In this document: positions 25,285 to 36,000 of the stretch, one piece after another
Layout of the letters: every line of letters starts with the position of its first letter
How positions within the stretch are numbered: position 1 is the stretch's first letter
Notes under the pieces: generated by a model
Told to the model about the DNA's origin: nothing
The model's input: only the letters and a program-made list of their open reading frames with translations
Database searches by the model: none
Origin: Candidatus Eiseniibacteriota bacterium
GTDB lineage: Bacteria > Eisenbacteria > RBG-16-71-46
Reading direction: 5' to 3'
Length of the DNA stretch: 64,000 nucleotides
Assembly: GCA_044223005.1 (NCBI GenBank)
Contig: JBGAML010000005.1
Location: 128,001-192,000, forward strand
Made by a program: the position numbers and the translations under genes

Positions 25285-26775
25285 TCATTTGGCCGGCGCG
25301 CCCTGCGCCAGCGTCCACGCGGTTCGGAACGCCGTGCGCGCGGTCGCCTCGAAAAGCTCCGGGTTCAGCGTCTCGGGCGTGTCACTCGGCAGGTGCAGGT
25401 GCGTGTAGCTGAAGTGCGAGGCGAAGTAGGTCGTGGGGATGCCCGCCAGGTGAAACGACTCCGCGTCGGCGCCGCCACCCGGGCCCGAGGCCTGGATCAG
25501 CCGGCGGGATTCGCGGGCGTCCGCCGCCTGAACGATCTGCCAGAGCGCACCGTACGTACGGCCCCCGTGTGCCTCGATCGAATCGCCCACGGCGACGCAG
25601 TCGAGGTTCACGTAGGCGACGAGGCTCGCGCGCGGCACGGGCGGGTGTGCGACGAAATACTTCGAGCCGTGCAGCCCGGCTTCCTCCGAGGTGAAGAAGG
25701 CGAAGATCACCGTGCGCTTCGGCGCCGCCCCGGCACGCGTGAAGGCGCGCGCGACCTCGAGCAGCGCGGCCGACCCGGACGCGTTGTCGTTGGCGCCGCG
25801 GAACATGAGCTTGCCCTGCGTGCCGACGTGGTCCAGGTGCGCGCCGATCACGACGCACTCGCCGCGCAGGGCCGGGTCACTGCCGGGGATCCGGCCAATC
25901 ACGTTGAGCGAGCCGTGGTGGCCGTCGTAGGTAGCGCGTACGTCCATGCCGACGCGCGAGGCGAGCGCGCGCGAGGCGGGCGCGTGCGTCGAGTCGATCA
26001 CCGCCTGCAGCGCCGGCAGCGTGGCCCCGCTACCGGCGAGCAGCGCCTCGGCGACCGGGACATCGACTTGCATCGCGGGGAACGTCGTGTCCTCGGGCCC
26101 CGGACCTTCGAGCATGCTGCCGATCGGGCGCTGCGGATGCGGCTGCCGCGGCGAGGGCACCATGAGCAGTCCGATGGCGCCATGCGCGGCGGCGTCGCGA
26201 ATGCGCGGACGCGTGAGCGTGCGATCGCCCCAGCCGCTCGTGTCGGCGCGGAACGGCGGCGCATCCTTGATCACGAGCACCACCTTGCCGCGCGCGTCGA
26301 TCCCGGCGTAGTCGTCGTAGCCGCGCTCGGGCGCGCTGATCCCGTAGCCCGCGAAGACGACCGGCGCTTCGAGCGTGGCCGAACCGGTGAGCCCGCGGCA
26401 CGTGTAATCGGGACCCAGCCGCAGTGCGCGGCGCAGCCCGTCCGAACCGGTCATCGACAGCACGCAGCGTGCGATCGGGTTGTACTCGACCTCGACGTGC
26501 TGGAAGTACCCGTCCTCGCCGGCGGGCGCGAGCCCCGCGGCCGCGAGCTGGCGCGCCATCTCCTGCGCCGCGGCGACGTACCCGGGCGAGCCAGCGAGCC
26601 GGCCGCCCCGCGCCGGATCCGCGAGCCAGCGGTCCGTGCGCATCAGCGCCTCGCGCGTGATCGACGCGGCGCCGCGTGCTTCGGGTTCGTCGTTCGCGAC
26701 CGTGGCGGCGCGTGCGCCGAGCAGCGGGAGGGACGTGAGGAACAAGGCGGCGGTGACGGCGACCAGTCGGCGCAT
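25285..26775 (-). CDS. Secreted M28 family peptidase with PA domain
   Basis: VVFAGYG...DDYAGIDARGKVVL (PA); GAHLDH, GANDNASG, EEAGLHGS, NLD, HLPSDT. Confidence 0.93.
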   Translation of the reverse strand: MRRLVAVTAALFLTSLPLLGARAATVANDEPEARGAASITREALMRTDRWLADPARGGRLAGSPGYVAAAQEMARQLAAAGLAPAGEDGYFQHVEVEYNPIARCVLSMTGSDGLRRALRLGPDYTCRGLTGSATLEAPVVFAGYGISAPERGYDDYAGIDARGKVVLVIKDAPPFRADTSGWGDRTLTRPRIRDAAAHGAIGLLMVPSPRQPHPQRPIGSMLEGPGPEDTTFPAMQVDVPVAEALLAGSGATLPALQAVIDSTHAPASRALASRVGMDVRATYDGHHGSLNVIGRIPGSDPALRGECVVIGAHLDHVGTQGKLMFRGANDNASGSAALLEVARAFTRAGAAPKRTVIFAFFTSEEAGLHGSKYFVAHPPVPRASLVAYVNLDCVAVGDSIEAHGGRTYGALWQIVQAADARESRRLIQASGPGGGADAESFHLAGIPTTYFASHFSYTHLHLPSDTPETLNPELFEATARTAFRTAWTLAQGAPAK

Positions 26776-26915
26776 GCGGACCTCGTGGGAGAACGTGTGG
26801 GCGACATCGCAGCATAGGCCCGCCAGACCCGGCGCGCACGTGCGGCGATGCAACCTTCTCGCGCGTGCGTCCGTCCTAGGGATGGCCGATACGTCCCATG
26901 CTCCCGGAGGAACCG

Positions 26916-27995
26916 ATGCATCGTCTCGCACTCGCCGCCACGCTCTCGCTGGTCACGCTGGCCCTCGCCGCAGCCGCGTCGCATGCGGCGCCCGCCGCCG
27001 ATCGGGTGCGGATCCGGATCGACCGCTCCGAAGCCGACGCTGTGCTCGCGATCCTCGATCGCCGCGTGGCGGGGCAGGCAATCCGCGACGCCGACTGGGA
27101 ACGGCTCTTCGCGACGCCCGGGTTCCGGCGGCTCGAGACACGCGAAGCCGCCATCGCGAAGATGTTCGCGCGCCCGAACGGCGGGCTCGATCGCGCGGCG
27201 TTCCGCGCGTTCGTCACCTCCGACTCGCTGCTGACGCGCCGCACGGCGCTGCGTCGCACGCTCGCCGACTGGTGCCGCGCCGACCTGCACGCGAGCGGCA
27301 CGCGCGTACTCGCGTGGCTGCCGCTGGGCGCCCGCATCCACGCGACGGTCTACCCGGTGATCAAACCGCGCGACAACAGTTTCGTCTTCGACACGGCGCG
27401 CGACCCGGCGATCTTCCTCTTCCTGGACCCGGCACTGCCGCGCGCGCATTTCGAGAACACGGTGGCGCACGAGTGCCATCACATCGGCTTCGCCTCCGTC
27501 GCGGCGCTCCGCGATTCGGCGGAGGCCGGGCGGAGCGACGACGCGCAGGCGGCGCTCGGCTGGGCGAGCGCCTTCGGCGAGGGCTTCGCGATGCTCGCCG
27601 CCGCCGGCGGCCCGGAGGTCCACCCCAAGGCCGACTGCCCGGCGGCCGAACGGGCGCGCTGGGACGCCGACGTCGCGAGCTTCGACACGGACCTCGCGCG
27701 CGTGCAGGCGTTCCTGCTCGACGTCGCCGAGGGCCGGCTGCGCGACGAGGCGGTCCGCGACTCGATCGGCGGCAGCTTCTTCGGTGAGCAGGGCCCCTGG
27801 TACACCGTGGGCTGGGTCATGGCGAGCCGCATCGCGGCGGACGAGGGCCGCGCACGCGTGATCGAGTGCATGCTCGACCCCGCGCTGTTCCTCGCCACGT
27901 TCGACCGCGTCGCGGAGGCTCGCGAACGCGCGGGGAAGGAGCGCCTCGCGCGCTGGTCGCCCGAGCTGGTCGCGGCGCTGCGCCGGGCGCGCTGA
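26916..27995 (+). CDS. Secreted putative Zn-dependent protease (DUF5700-like gluzincin)
   Basis: Signal peptide; AHECHHIG plus downstream EGFA; QGPWYTVGW. Confidence 0.8.
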   Translation: MHRLALAATLSLVTLALAAAASHAAPAADRVRIRIDRSEADAVLAILDRRVAGQAIRDADWERLFATPGFRRLETREAAIAKMFARPNGGLDRAAFRAFVTSDSLLTRRTALRRTLADWCRADLHASGTRVLAWLPLGARIHATVYPVIKPRDNSFVFDTARDPAIFLFLDPALPRAHFENTVAHECHHIGFASVAALRDSAEAGRSDDAQAALGWASAFGEGFAMLAAAGGPEVHPKADCPAAERARWDADVASFDTDLARVQAFLLDVAEGRLRDEAVRDSIGGSFFGEQGPWYTVGWVMASRIAADEGRARVIECMLDPALFLATFDRVAEARERAGKERLARWSPELVAALRRAR

Positions 27996-28133
27996 CGGCG
28001 GCCGCGGGGACCACCGGCCGCGGCGGGGGGCACCGCTTCGCGAGTGGCGTATCACGGCGCCGGCCGCGCACACCTCTCGGCCGAACGGGGAACCTCGTGC
28101 CCCGCGCCGCGCACCCACCCCTCGGAGTTTCCC

Positions 28134-30065
28134 ATGCCGTCCATCCGGCTGGCCCTCGGCACGTGCCTGCTCGTGCTGCTCGCCTCGATCGCCTCCGCCT
28201 CCGCGTCGCTCGCCGCGTCCTCCACCGACGCCGTGCCGGGGGAGATCATCGTCAAGTACCGCGCCGGGCTCCCGGCGGCGCGCCGCGCGCGGGTGATGGC
28301 GAGCGTGCCCGCGGCGCGGTCGCTGCGCGCGCTCGAGCTGATCGGGGGCGAGCAGGTGAGCGTGCCGGTCGGGTCCGAGGACGCCGCCATCGCCCGGCTG
28401 CAGGCCGATCCGGACGTCGTGTACGCCGAACCGAACTGGCGCATCCATCTCGAGGCGATTCCCGACGACCCGCTCTTCTCGCAGCTCTGGAATCTCCGCA
28501 ACACCGGCCAGGGCGGCGCGTTCGCGGGCGACGACATCCACGCGTGGCAGGCGTGGGACCTCACGACCGGCGATCCGGAACTGAAGATCGGTGTGCTCGA
28601 CACGGGCATCGACTACACGCATCCCGACCTCGCCGGCAACATGTGGACGAACCCGGGCGAGATCCCGGGAAACGGCCTCGACGACGACGAGAACGGCTAT
28701 CCGGACGACGTGCACGGCTTCGATTTCGTCAACGGCGACGGCGACCCGATGGACGACCATTTCCACGGCACGCACGTCGCCGGCACGATCGGCGCGGTGG
28801 GCAACGACGGCGCCGGCATCGTGGGCGTGAACTGGCACTGCCGCATGGTGGCGATCAAGTTCCTCGACAACACCGGGAACGGCTCCGAGGGCGGCGCGAT
28901 CGCGGCGCTGCAGTACGCGCTCACGGTGGGCGTGCGCGTGACGAACAACTCGTGGGGCAACATGCCCGGCGGCCAGGGCCTGCTGGACGCGATCGATGCG
29001 TGCGGCCAGGCGGGACAGCTGTTCGTGAACGCGGCGGGGAACAACGGCTGGAACCTCGACTTCGTCCCGGTCTACCCGACGTGCTACCCGACGCCCTACA
29101 TGATCACCGTGGCGGCGACCGACGGCCGCGACCTGCGCCCGAGCTGGTCCAACTACGGCGCGACGGTGGTGAACCTGGGCGCACCCGGGATGACGGTCTA
29201 CTCGTGCAAGCCCGGTGGGCTCTACCAGAACCTGAACGGTACCTCGATGGCGGCGCCGCACGTGACGGGAGCCGTCGCGCTCGCGATGGCGTACTTCCCG
29301 CACGCGACCAATCTCCAGATCAAGTCGCTCGTGCTGGGCAGCGTGGACTCGGTCGCCTCGATGGCGATCACCACCACGACCGGTGGCCGGCTCAACGCCT
29401 ACCGCATGCTCCTCGACGGTGACGCGATCGCCCCCGCGCGGATCGAGCCGCTGGAGGCGAGCGCCGTGGATTCCACGACGGTGCACGTCACGTGGACCGC
29501 GACCGGGGACGACACCACCGCCGGCACGGCGACGGCGTACGACCTGCGCATCGCCACGTTTCCGCTGGATTCGCTCACGTTCGCGAGCGCGACGCCGGTC
29601 GTGGTGAGCACGCCGCAGGCCTCCGGCATGTTCGAAGCTACCACGGTGGCCGAACTCCTCCCGGGCACCACCTACCATCTCGCCATCCGCGCGATCGACG
29701 ACTTCGGGAACGCGAGCGGGCTCTCCAACGTCGCCGACGTGACGACACCCTCCGGTGACGTGCTCGGCGTCATGAACGGCCTGCCGGCGCGGCTCGCGCT
29801 GCGAGTCCTGTCGGCGAACCCGGGCGCGGGCGAGGCGCGGTTCGAACTGCGTCTGCCGCAGCCGGGCCCGCTCGACGTGGGCGTCTACGACGTCTCTGGA
29901 CGGCGAGTGGCGACCCTGGCGAGCGGTGCCGCGAGCGCCGGCGTGCGCACGCTGCTGTGGGACGGGCGCGGCCGCGACGGCGCGCCCCTCGCCGCGGGCG
30001 TCTATCTCGTGCGCGCGCGGACCGCGGCGGGCGAGGTGGGCGCGCGCCTCGCGCGAGTCCGCTGA
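28134..30065 (+). CDS. Secreted S8 subtilase with FN3 and FlgD-Ig/CTD domain
   Basis: Triad VLDTG, HGTHVAG, GTSMAAPHV; tail YDVSGRRVATL...WDGRGRDG...GVYLVRA. Confidence 0.94.
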   Translation: MPSIRLALGTCLLVLLASIASASASLAASSTDAVPGEIIVKYRAGLPAARRARVMASVPAARSLRALELIGGEQVSVPVGSEDAAIARLQADPDVVYAEPNWRIHLEAIPDDPLFSQLWNLRNTGQGGAFAGDDIHAWQAWDLTTGDPELKIGVLDTGIDYTHPDLAGNMWTNPGEIPGNGLDDDENGYPDDVHGFDFVNGDGDPMDDHFHGTHVAGTIGAVGNDGAGIVGVNWHCRMVAIKFLDNTGNGSEGGAIAALQYALTVGVRVTNNSWGNMPGGQGLLDAIDACGQAGQLFVNAAGNNGWNLDFVPVYPTCYPTPYMITVAATDGRDLRPSWSNYGATVVNLGAPGMTVYSCKPGGLYQNLNGTSMAAPHVTGAVALAMAYFPHATNLQIKSLVLGSVDSVASMAITTTTGGRLNAYRMLLDGDAIAPARIEPLEASAVDSTTVHVTWTATGDDTTAGTATAYDLRIATFPLDSLTFASATPVVVSTPQASGMFEATTVAELLPGTTYHLAIRAIDDFGNASGLSNVADVTTPSGDVLGVMNGLPARLALRVLSANPGAGEARFELRLPQPGPLDVGVYDVSGRRVATLASGAASAGVRTLLWDGRGRDGAPLAAGVYLVRARTAAGEVGARLARVR

Positions 30066-30072
30066 GCGCCGC

Positions 30073-33027
30073 TCAGCGCGCGAGCGGCCCGCTCGCGCCC
30101 ACGAGCACGAAGGGCGCCCACGTCGACGGATCGCGCGTCGCGGGGTCGCGGAGCAGCGCGCGCTGCGCGTCGGCGAGGGCGTGGTCGCGCGCGGCGCCGC
30201 CGCGCAACAGCCGCTCGTAGAAGCGCGACATGAGCGTGGCGGTCGGGGCGTCGGGGACGCTCCAGAGGCTCACCACCACGCTCGTCGCCCCCGCGGCGAG
30301 GAAGGCCCGCGGCAGGCCGAGCACGCCCTCGCCACGCTCGAGCCGGCCGAGGCCGCTCTCGCACGCCGAGAGCGTGACGAGCCCCGCCGACAGGTGCAGG
30401 GCGGCGACGTCGGCCGCCGAGAGCAGCCGCGGTTCGCCCTCCTCGGCCGCGAACCAGAGCCCCGAACGCGCGGGGTCGATGGCGTCGGCGGTGCCGTGCG
30501 TGGCGAGATGGACGATGCCGCCGCTCGCGAACGACATCTGCGCGAGTACGGCCGATCGCGTCGCGTGCGCGCCCTCGAGCGAGGCGAACGGACGGGGCGG
30601 CGCGAGCGCGCTCAGCGCCACGAGTTCGCGCGCGGTGGCGGGCAGGGGCGCGAGCCGCGAGCCGGCACCGAAATCCGGGTTGGCGACGGCGAGGATGCCG
30701 GCCGAGGGCGGGACCGGCGCGCGCGGCAGCGCTGCGAGCGCGCTCACCGACGGCGCGTAGGCGAGATCGAAGCGCTCGATCGCCCAGCGGGGTCCGCCCG
30801 GGCGGGCCGGGAGCTCCAGCGCGCCGAAGGGCAGCAGCGCCAGCGCGCCGTCGGGCACGATCACCAGCCGCCGCGGCGCGGGCGACGCGGCGAGCGCTGG
30901 CCCCAGCAGCAGCGCCGCGAGCGCGCGCGAGCTCTCGCGCACGCGCGGCTCGTCCGCGCCGCCGGGCGTCGCGAGCGCGCGCCGAAGCGCCTCGACACGC
31001 AGCCGCAGCACGCGTGCCGGGGGCAGCGTGAAGCGTGTGGCGCCGCCGCGGCGCACGAGCCAGCCGGTGCTGCTCGAATCGCCGGTGCTGAAGACCAGCA
31101 GCGCGGCGTCCGCCCCGGGCACGAGCATGCGCGCGCGCTCGAGCGAGACCGGGGACTCGGGCGCCTCCGACCGGCCGGCGGCGCGCATCAGGTCGAGCAG
31201 CGAGCGGCCGCGCGCGCGCTCGGCCCAGAGGAACGCCTCGTCGCCGTGCCCGTGGCCGGGCTCGCGGGAGTCCAGCGTCCCGAGCAGGTGAACGAGCGCC
31301 TCGTACGCGAAGAGCCGGTTGGCGAAGAAGCCGATCGCACCGCCCGCGTCGTGCTGTTCGCCGCGCAGCGAGTCGATCGTGGCGACGGCGGCGCGGTACG
31401 CGTCGAGCGCCGCAGGCACGTCGCCGCGGCGCTCGGCGACGTCCCCGAGGCCCAGCTGCGAGTGCCACGCGTGCTCGGGAAGCCCCGCGGCGCGCGCGTG
31501 GTCGTAGGCGCTGCGGAAACCGGATTCGGCGGCGGCGTAGCGCCCGGCGTGATCGTCGAGGATCGCGAGGTTGTTGCGCGAGCCGATCGATTCCGCGGAA
31601 CCCGAATCTCCCAGGGCTTCGGCGGCGCGTGCGAACCACGCGCGCGCCCCGGCCGCGTCGCCGCGGTCCCACGCGAGTTCGCCCAGCGAAGTCGCGGCGT
31701 GCAGCACGAGCACCGAATCGCCGAGTTCGACCGCACCGGCCAGGGCGGCCTCGCCATCGCGAACCGCACCGCTCGCGTCGCCCTCCAGGCGGCGTGCGAT
31801 CCCGAGGTCGATCCGCGCCCGCGCGCGCAGGGCGGGTGCCCCGAGCGCTGCGCCGAGCGAATCCGCTTCCCGCAGCGCCTCGCGCGCCGAGCGCGTCTCG
31901 CGCAGCGCGAGCCGCGCGTCGCCCAGAGACACGAGCACCTCGGCGAGCGCGCGCACGTCGCCGGCGCCGCGCGCGAGCGTCGCGGCCTCGTCGAGCTGCC
32001 GCGCCGCGTCGGTGAACCGCCCGGTGCGCGCGAGGGCCTTGCCCTGCGCGTGGCGCGCCCCGGCCACCGTGCGCACGAGCCGGGCGGGAGCGGCGATCGC
32101 GACGGCGCGTTCGGCGAGCGCGTTCGCCGCGGCCGCATCGCCTTCGTCCGCCCGGACGTCGGCGAGGTGCACGGCGACGTCGGCCACGCGCGCGCTGTCG
32201 CCCGCGGCCGTCGCGAGCTCGAGTGCCTGCGCGAGCCACGTGCGCGCGGAGTCGGCGCGGCCCGTCCGGCGCGCGGCTTCGCTCATGTAGGAGAGCGTCG
32301 CGGCGAGCGGCCCGCGCTCGCCGAGCGTCGTGCGGACCCGGCGCGCCTCCGCGAACCACGCGAGCGCTTCCGGGTAGCGCCCGCGCTCGAGCGCGACCGA
32401 ACCGAGCGTGTTGAGCGCGCGCGCGGCCAGCGACGAATCGCCGATCGCGCGCCGGGCGGCGAGCGCGCGGCGGTAGAGCGAATCGGCGGCGGGGTAGTCG
32501 CCCGTGTTGAAGCGGCCCGTGCCGAGCGTGCCCCAGAGCCACGCCTCGCGTCGCCGTTCTCCGAGCGAGGCGAAGAGCTGGAGCGCCTCGCGCAACGCGG
32601 ACTCGGATTCCGCGACCCGGCCCGTGGCCTGCAGCGCCACGCCCAGCGACTCCGCCACGGCGGCGCGCACGCGCGCGTCGCGCTGGCGCGCGTTCCAGCG
32701 CCGCGCGAGCGTGAGAGCGTCCGCGCCGACGTGCGAGCCGAGCGCCACAGGCTCGGCGTCCGCGACGCGGCGGGCGAGCGCGGCGAGCCGCTCGGCGGAG
32801 TCGGCCTTCGCCGCGCGCGCGCGCAGCTGCGCCACCAGCAGGTCGTTCCAGGTGCGCTCGTAGGCCGCGCCCGCACCACGGACGGCGGGCACGAGCGTTT
32901 CCGGCGCGACGTCGAAGCGGCGCCAGCCCTGCGCGCGGGCCGCCGGCGCCAGCGAGAACAGGAGGGCGGCCACCGTCATCGCCCTCCCGAGACGAGCGGC
33001 GAACGGTCGCCGCGGACGCCGGATCAC
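30073..33027 (-). CDS. TPR + CHAT (caspase-like peptidase) protein with predicted signal peptide
   Basis: LVIVPDGALALLPF, VHLATHG, LVTLSACESGLG, VVVSLWSVPD, WAPFVLVG; long TPR region; GTG 33027 overlaps the upstream stop (alternative ATG 32979). Confidence 0.92.
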   Translation of the reverse strand: MIRRPRRPFAARLGRAMTVAALLFSLAPAARAQGWRRFDVAPETLVPAVRGAGAAYERTWNDLLVAQLRARAAKADSAERLAALARRVADAEPVALGSHVGADALTLARRWNARQRDARVRAAVAESLGVALQATGRVAESESALREALQLFASLGERRREAWLWGTLGTGRFNTGDYPAADSLYRRALAARRAIGDSSLAARALNTLGSVALERGRYPEALAWFAEARRVRTTLGERGPLAATLSYMSEAARRTGRADSARTWLAQALELATAAGDSARVADVAVHLADVRADEGDAAAANALAERAVAIAAPARLVRTVAGARHAQGKALARTGRFTDAARQLDEAATLARGAGDVRALAEVLVSLGDARLALRETRSAREALREADSLGAALGAPALRARARIDLGIARRLEGDASGAVRDGEAALAGAVELGDSVLVLHAATSLGELAWDRGDAAGARAWFARAAEALGDSGSAESIGSRNNLAILDDHAGRYAAAESGFRSAYDHARAAGLPEHAWHSQLGLGDVAERRGDVPAALDAYRAAVATIDSLRGEQHDAGGAIGFFANRLFAYEALVHLLGTLDSREPGHGHGDEAFLWAERARGRSLLDLMRAAGRSEAPESPVSLERARMLVPGADAALLVFSTGDSSSTGWLVRRGGATRFTLPPARVLRLRVEALRRALATPGGADEPRVRESSRALAALLLGPALAASPAPRRLVIVPDGALALLPFGALELPARPGGPRWAIERFDLAYAPSVSALAALPRAPVPPSAGILAVANPDFGAGSRLAPLPATARELVALSALAPPRPFASLEGAHATRSAVLAQMSFASGGIVHLATHGTADAIDPARSGLWFAAEEGEPRLLSAADVAALHLSAGLVTLSACESGLGRLERGEGVLGLPRAFLAAGATSVVVSLWSVPDAPTATLMSRFYERLLRGGAARDHALADAQRALLRDPATRDPSTWAPFVLVGASGPLAR

Positions 33028-36000
33028 TCGAGCCACACGAGCCGCTGGCGGAACTCCCGGCCCTGCGCCCGGAAGCGCGCGAAGTAGACGCCGGCGTGCA
33101 GATGCGCCCCGGCGTCGGAGTCCCCGCGCCAGGCGATCTCGTGCCAGCCCGCGGCCCGGACACCGTCGGCGAGCGTGCGCACGCGCCGCCCGAGCAGGTC
33201 GTAGAGTTCGAGCGAGACGCGCGTCCGCACCGGCAGGCCGAAGCGGAAGAGCGCCCGTCCCGACGCCGGGTTGGGATGCGCCGGTGCGAACGACAGCACC
33301 GCCGGCAGCCCGTCGGCCTCGCTCGCGGCCACGATCGAGAACGCGTCGCTCGTCGCGAGGACGCCCTCGACGACCAGCGAATCCGGATCGATCACCTCTT
33401 CGATCAACGCCACGGCGATGCGGGCGTCGGGCACGTAGCCGGCCGGCACGCTCCAGGTGTACGAGCCCGTGTTGGGCCTCGACTCCTCGAGCACCGTCCA
33501 CTCCATGCCGCCGTCGAACGAGGCGAGGATGGCGACCTCCTTCGCCTTCACGTCCTTGGGCGTGCTCCAGCGCACCACGTACGGCTGGCCGGGCCGCACG
33601 ACCTCGTGCGCGTGCGGCGCCGTGACGGTGCCGCGGCGCACCCGCACCACGTCGACGGCGCGGAACGCGACGTCGCCCGCACGCCCGGTGACCGTGACGG
33701 GCACCGAGTCGCCTTCGCTCACGACCCACTGGACCGCGATCCGGTCGAAGCGCACGCGCAGCGTCCACGTGCTGTCGCACTCGTGCTCGTGCGCGAGACG
33801 CAGCACGTGATACGAGGTATCGCAGGGCACCGTGCCCTGGAGCCGGATCGACGCGACGTCGATGTCGCGCGCCGAGGAGGGCGCCGGCAGCGAGATCGTG
33901 CCGTGGATCCAGCGGCCCTCCGACCGGAGCTGGATCGTGTTCGGCTGCAGTTCCAGCGTACCCACCACGGAGACGAGCAGGTCCGGGACGCCGACCAGCA
34001 CCGCCTCACCCGTGCCCGGGCTCGTCGCGAGGAAGTAGCGGCCGCGCAGCGGATCGACCGCGAGCGATCCCGCGCCGCGACCGAGGTCGAACGTCTCGCG
34101 CGCCACGAGGCCCACGGGGGCCGGCGACGCGAGCGAGGCATTCGTGACGTGCCCGGTGATCTGGTACTTCACGACCTGGCCCGACTCGTTGATCGCGTAG
34201 AGGGACCCGCCGTCGGGCGTGATCACGATCGCCGTGCCGCCGGTGCCGGTATTCACGGTCGACGTGACCTGGTGGAAGCGCGAGCTGACGGGGTTGTTGT
34301 CGATCGCGATCAGCCGCCCGTCCGCGAGGAGTGCCACGAGCAGGCCGCCGTCGGGCGTGATCACGATCGCCGTGCCGCTCGAGCCGGTGTTGACGGTCGA
34401 GGTCACGGCGCGGCTGCGCAGGTCGACGACGAGCAGCGTTCCGCCCGACGTGAGCACGTAGCCTTCGCCGCCGTCGGGGCTGATCACGATCGCCGTCCCG
34501 GTCGAGCCGGTGTTCACGGTCGAGGTGACCTGGTGGTACGTCGTGTTGCCCGGCTGGGCGTCGACCACCTGCAGCGTCGCGCCGGTGAGCACGTAGAGCT
34601 CCTGACGCTTCGCCGAGTACGCGATCTGGCGCGGCGTGCCGCCGAGCGGGACCGTGGCGACCACGCGATGGTTCACGTAGCCCGAGTCCGACGCGAACAC
34701 CCAGAGATCGTGACTGCCGGCGTTGGCCACGTAGAGCCGCCGGCCGTCGGGCGTGAGCGCCAGTGCCACGGGTTCGTGGCCGGTCGCGAAGCTCCCGTCC
34801 GCGAGCAGCGCGCCGGAGGTGAGCACCGCGACGCTCACCTGGTCGAGCCTCGGATTGGCGAAATAGAAGTGCAGCCCGTCCGGTGCCACGACCGCCGCGG
34901 AGACGTCGGGACGCAGCAGCAGCCGCGTCAGCTCGCTGGTGGGATCGGGATCGGTCTCGTGCACCTGGAACGCGAGCGCATTGCTCGTCGTCGCGCCGAC
35001 CTGGTCGGTGACGGTGACGGGCCCCACGGGCGCCCCCTCGGGCACGAGCACGCTGATCGTGGTCGCGGTGGCGCTGGTGACGGGCGCGACGACCCCGCCG
35101 ACGCGCACCGTGTGCAGTCCTGCCGTGACCGGGAAGCCGGTGCCCGCGAGCGTCAGCACCGTGCCCACGGGACCCGCGGGCGGATAGACGCTCGCGAGCG
35201 ACAGCGTGGGAGCGGGTTCGACGGTGAAGCCGGCCTGCGCCGGCGACAGGAGCGATTGGCCATCGCTGTCCAGGGCCCCGCCGTTCACGGACCACGTGTA
35301 CGACTGGCCGTATGCGAGCGGCGACTGCGGCTGGAAGATCGCCACCGTGCGGCCCTCGGCGAGCGAGAACGCGCCGGGGAGTGAACCGGAACCGCCGCTC
35401 GTCAGCTGCAGCGCGCCGACGAGCGAGAGCGAATCCATGGGCTGGTTGAAGCGCGCGAAGAGCGGCGAGCCCGCGAGGATGCCCGTCGCGCCGTCGGCCG
35501 GTCCGAGTTCGGTGATCTGCGGCGAGATGAGGGCGTTCGAACCCGAGGCGTCCGCGCCCAGCACGGCCGCGGCCTGTGCGAGGCCCGGGGCGGAGATCGT
35601 GAGCTGCGTCGCTCCAGCCGACGCGGGGAGCGTCCAGCCGGTCGCGGCGAGTCCGTCGGGGCCCGAGCGCAGCACGAGCGTCGTCGCACCGCCGTCCAGC
35701 GTGCCGGGCAGCGCGCCGCTGGTCGCGAGCCGCACCGCGACGCCGGCTTCGGGATTGCCGTCGCCGTCTTCGACGCGCACGACCACCGGCAGCGGCAACA
35801 GCGTCCCCGGCGGGCCCGACTGGCCCGCACCGGAGACGACGGTGAAGCGCGTCGCGTCGTCGAGCGCGAACAACACGGCGCCCGTGCTGCCGGGCACGAC
35901 CGACCAGAGCCGGCGGCCGTCGGCCGAGTTCGCGAGCGCGAGCGAGGGGACGAGCGCGTTCGCGCGCACGGCCTCGGGGGCGTTCCCCGCGACTTCGAGC

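Noticed and set aside
30073..33027. CRISPR-associated (Craspase-type) TPR-CHAT
   Set aside because: No cas genes or repeat-spacer array anywhere in the window, and the protein appears to be exported.
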